NCBI GenBank assembly: GCA_047495785.1 | Contig: JBLDXI010000018.1 | Location: 124,001-188,000, forward strand | Origin: Lepidodermella squamata | Lineage: Eukaryota > Animalia > Gastrotricha | Reading direction: 5' to 3' | DNA length: 64,000 bases | In this document: piece after piece, positions 60,101-64,000 of the stretch | Position numbering within the stretch: position 1 is the first letter of the stretch | How the letters are laid out: each line of letters starts with the position of its first letter | Position numbers and translations under genes: made by a program | Notes under the pieces: model-generated | Told to the model about the DNA's origin: nothing | What the model saw: only the letters and a program-made list of their open reading frames with translations | Databases searched by the model: none

Positions 60101-63100
60101 GTCTAGCCCGAGTTTGCCCACTATTTCCCGATTTCTAAAACAACTATCGTAAATTTAGCAGTTGAGCTGCAATTTCATGCAATTTTATAGTTAAAAACAG
60201 CATCACTAGGCTTCTAAAAGTAGTTCAGCCATTCGATTCCTAAACTGGTGGCAGTACCAACAGCTTCGGACCTTATGCTGAAGTATGCAAGTCGCTTTTT
60301 CTGGCGGCCATTGGTTTAATTGGTTTATTGGTTTTCTTTAGAATTTTTGTACCGTATCTATCCGTACCTAGTACCTATCTGTCATCAATGATACTGTCCT
60401 AGCACTAACGTATGCCGATGTTTGGACGAGGGCCTTGAACGAACCGGGTGAACTGCGACGAACTCGCGCTTATAACGCCGCATGGAATGCTTACTGCAGT
60501 GTCAGCGAAGATTTGATGTGTCCGCCACAAATTGCTGAAATACGCCCGCAAGCTCACATATATTTCTTGGGGCAATTTACAAGGATGAGTGAACTAAGGC
60601 AATGGATTCACCTAACTGGCTGTAAAGATATTTTCTGAAACTATTTGGTCTGTATCCATTGGTCAAACAGAAAGCCGGCTGCGTCGGGACGCCTTGCGAA
60701 TATTTGCAAGTGCCTCGTCGAGAAAGCGTTCCGCAATACATGCAGACGATATTCGTCCAAACCTCCAAGTCGAAAGATGAGGCTCGTTGGTTCAACCGAA
60801 TCATGGAACACTCAGAAGTACGCCAGAAACAACGAAAATTAACAGTACATTGATTGGTTGATTAAGCGAAACGAATGCCTTCAAATCGCATTTTATAGCA
60901 CATCGAGTAATTTAAAATGGATAATTTTCATGTTAAACTGAGTATCTCAAATTTTGGCGAATTTCATAAGAACCCGTAAAACACGGTGTTTTAACGAAGG
61001 TAAAAATGGCGGTATACTTACATCGTTCATCTCTGACGTCAGGTTCATGTTGGGGTTGCGCGTGGCGATCGATCCCGACTCGGCGCTGCCCGGCATCGAG
61101 CCAGGCGGAGCGCTGCTGCTCGCCGTCGCCGAGGACACGTGGTCGTACAACGGCAGCGTGGCGTCTTTCGGCGACTTGAACGCTTCCTTGGTCGGTTTCG
61201 GAGCCTGGTTGCGCCGCGGCGGGGGCGCCGTAGTCTCGACGTGGACGAACAAGTTGTTGCCGTGGCAGTGCAGGCCCGACAACTCGACCACCTCACGGTG
61301 CTCATCCGTGCCTGTCGACTGCAATCTGTATAACATAGAACACTCGAATTAGAGAGGTCATAAGGTCATTGTTATTACGAGAAGAGGATTGTCCCTTATA
61401 ATTCCACATTAATTTTAAAATAACGAGGCAATGAGGGTTTAGTACTAAAAACCACAATGCAGGTTAGAAATGCTCAGGAAAAATATTTTGAATTTTCTGT
61501 TTAATTTTCTGAAAATCCATGGGCGTTTTGGAAATTCGATTCCAGCTAAAATTGTCATGTTGCAGACATTCGATTTTATAGGTTTCAATTTTTGAAACCT
61601 CCATTTATTATTTCGATTTCCTAGCGATTTGCTTCATGGTTTTTGGCTCTTTCGATTTTATCGAGAGTTTTCGATCACGTTCCAATCTTGAATTTTTTGA
61701 AGTTGTTACTCATGCCTATTCAAAATTTCTTTTTCTTTTCTATTGTTCATTTTTTCTTTGCCGAAAATTGCAAAAGATATGTTGAGAAAATGTGTTCGAG
61801 CGCTGCATTACAGGCGAGTGGCAATTTATTGGCTGTTCAACAACATTTGCTACCACTATGTTGGCTTCATCCAATTGCGAACCGATCGCCATATCACGCC
61901 CGTCAAACTGAGCCCAATCGACCGGTTGCCGATGCATTTTGAGCTGAGGTATAAAATACTCTTAAGTTTGACCTTTTTCGAAACGAAATCTCTATTCAAA
62001 TTTGGATGATTCTAGGAAAATTGAATTTCAGGATTTCATTTGAATTTATAGGAAATCATACAATGGTCCCATCGAGAAAAGGCTGGCAATAAGCTACGCC
62101 GACTCGTGTTGTCTGCATTCGAGGCGGCTTTTCTGTAAAACCGCGATCACTTTCGGCAATTTTTCCCACTGTTCAATTTTCACCCGGCGAGCGATCGAAC
62201 CAGAATTTAGCCGGCAAATGGCGCCACTTCTCACGCACAGAAAACTAGGCCTGGCTGCTACAAAAGCCTATTTCATCATGAGAAGTTTAGAAAAATCGAA
62301 AGACGGCGATTTCTTGTTATTCTCAAGCCCGGCTGCCGCGATTTGGGGCTCATTCGAGCGCATTTTTAACGAGATGAAGGCAGGTCATTTCAATTTTCTC
62401 GAAATTTCATTTTAAACTCAATTTTAAAGGCTCGGAAACGCGATATTGCTTTGATTACTCAGATCCCTAGTAGAAACAAAACTTCAAAATTTTATGAAAA
62501 ATGCAATTTGCTATTGATCGGTTCTACTCAATATTGGCTTGTTTTACGCCGATCTTTCGAATCGCTGCGATTTGCCGGCGATTATTTGAGCCAGGTAACT
62601 GGTTTGGACCCCGAAAACGGAGACAAAAACAGCCGATTCTCGCGAATCGAACACGAATTGTTCCGAAATTTGGCTGAAAAATGGCGATCACGATGCATTC
62701 AATACAACGCTGCTGATGAAGCGCATGAATTGATTTGGGATCATGGAAATATGTTTTAGCCAATAAATGGCCATGAAAACGAAAGCCACTCGTTTCAAAT
62801 AATCATTTCATATAAAAACTTGAAATAAAAAAAGCATAGAAATTTAAAAAATTCCAGAAAAACGACCGTTTTAGCAAGTATTTCCATTCAATTTCGATCG
62901 TTAAAATTTCAAATTTTCAAACATTTGTCATTTAAGTTATTCGAGATTAAAATGACTTCAGTGAAATTTTGGAATTTACCTCAGAATGTGTGTTGGGACA
63001 GCGATGATTTGCAGCTCTTCATCGTAGTCCAAGTGGTGGCCACTGCCAGCCGATCCGACGGGCACGCCAGGCGAGCCGAAGGACTGCAACCGCTGCCGCT

Positions 63101-63448
63101 GCTGAGCAATTTGACCCGCAGATTTCGCATCCCCACCACCGCCGCCGCCGCCGCCGCCGCCACCGGACGCCGGCGGCTTCGAACTCGCGTCATTGGCAGC
63201 CGACCCTAGCTGGGACAGGCCCTCGGCTGACAGCGACCGTTGAGCGCCGATCACGGACGAAACAGCCGCGTTGGCTTGCACTTTGGACGAGGAGTTTTGC
63301 AGCGATACGCTCTGCTGATTCGCGGCCGCGTTCGAGCCCGAGCTCGACTGGCGCCGCTCGGAGCCCGCCGAACCCGAACCGCCGCCGAGTCGCTCGCGAG
63401 AGCCTGCAATTGACATGGCCCGCAACGAATCGCCATCGCCTTCAAAAT
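57152..63448 (-). CDS. Last four exons of an unidentified low-complexity/coiled-coil protein ending in a CaaX box (5' part not seen)
   Basis: GC-rich exons 63448-62980, 61325-61022, 59139-58785, 57942-57152 join with matching phases (2, 0, 1); coiled coil ELEERYRAEREQIRREAEE; C-terminus RVCSIS*. Confidence 0.75.
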
Positions 63449-64000
63449 CTAAAAATTATAACGAAAATTATAATTAAAAGAGAAAAATTCGCATCAGCTA
63501 TATTTAGATAATTATGAGAAACATATTTTGTGATTTTTTGCAAACAAAAGTCAATAAAAAATAGGTCACAAGTTTGTGTAGCAGAGTTCTCAACCTTGGC
63601 ATTTGAGCTCTTTTTCTCTGAAATGAGTGAAACCGGAACTAAAACGATGAAATATTTTCCGTTCTACAAATCCACTGGTTTGAAGCCATAAGCCGATAGA
63701 CTCTTTACACATCGAACTTGAGTAGTGACTGATAATAATGTGATTTTTGCAAGTGAATCGTAAACCATCATTCAATTGATTATTCAATATCATAAATTTC
63801 ATGCAAAGAAAATAATTTACAGAGTGATCCTCAGTGATCGTGATACAGCTTTTACAGTATAATACAGAAACAACTAGGACAAAACGCGCTACTTTTCTCA
63901 CTATTGCGAGGCAGAACTCGCTCCGAGAAGCCAGACGTCAGCTTCAAAATCGTCGTCAACACTGAGCTTTCTGTCATTTCTTCAATAGCAAAACGCATAA

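Noticed and set aside
59392-62763. Short intronic ORFs as a nested gene
   Set aside because: No recognisable domain or consistent splice model; may be decayed TE sequence
1-64000. CRISPR arrays, rRNA/tRNA genes, prokaryotic operons
   Set aside because: No repeat-spacer array or recognisable structural RNA seen; spliceosomal introns throughout

Overview
Eukaryotic (invertebrate animal) genomic DNA with mostly very short GT-AG introns (about 45-60 nt), so most ORF-track entries are exon fragments; I reconstructed spliced models by hand. The species cannot be identified from the sequence. Left to right: (1) a tandem array of six secreted, probably GPI-anchored, two-domain Ly6/uPAR (three-finger)-like Cys-rich genes, one divergently oriented and cut by the window edge; (2) two intronless rhodopsin-class GPCR paralogs and a divergent intronless Cys-loop channel subunit; (3) a nest of transposons: a P/hAT-type element with an 8-bp TSD containing a Tc2/pogo-type MITE (itself containing a MITE) and an RTE/RTEX-like LINE; (4) a pogo DD35D fragment; (5) four tandem secreted genes built from triplets of a ~50-aa Cys repeat that I cannot assign to a named family (6, 6, 6 and 9 repeats; one copy has an in-frame stop, one is a mosaic); (6) a CPVL-like serine carboxypeptidase; (7) an inverted pair of membrane mucin-stalk C-type lectins, near-identical at the N-terminus but with opposite sugar motifs (EPN vs QPD); (8) an intact sulfite oxidase with Gln at the catalytic Arg160 position and Lys at Arg472, plus two decayed copies; (9) several MITEs, LINE fragments and a Ginger2-like integrase relic; (10) the 3' exons of a large gene ending in a CaaX box. 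The best candidates for undescribed biology are the triplet-repeat family, the EPN/QPD lectin pair and the substituted sulfite oxidase.
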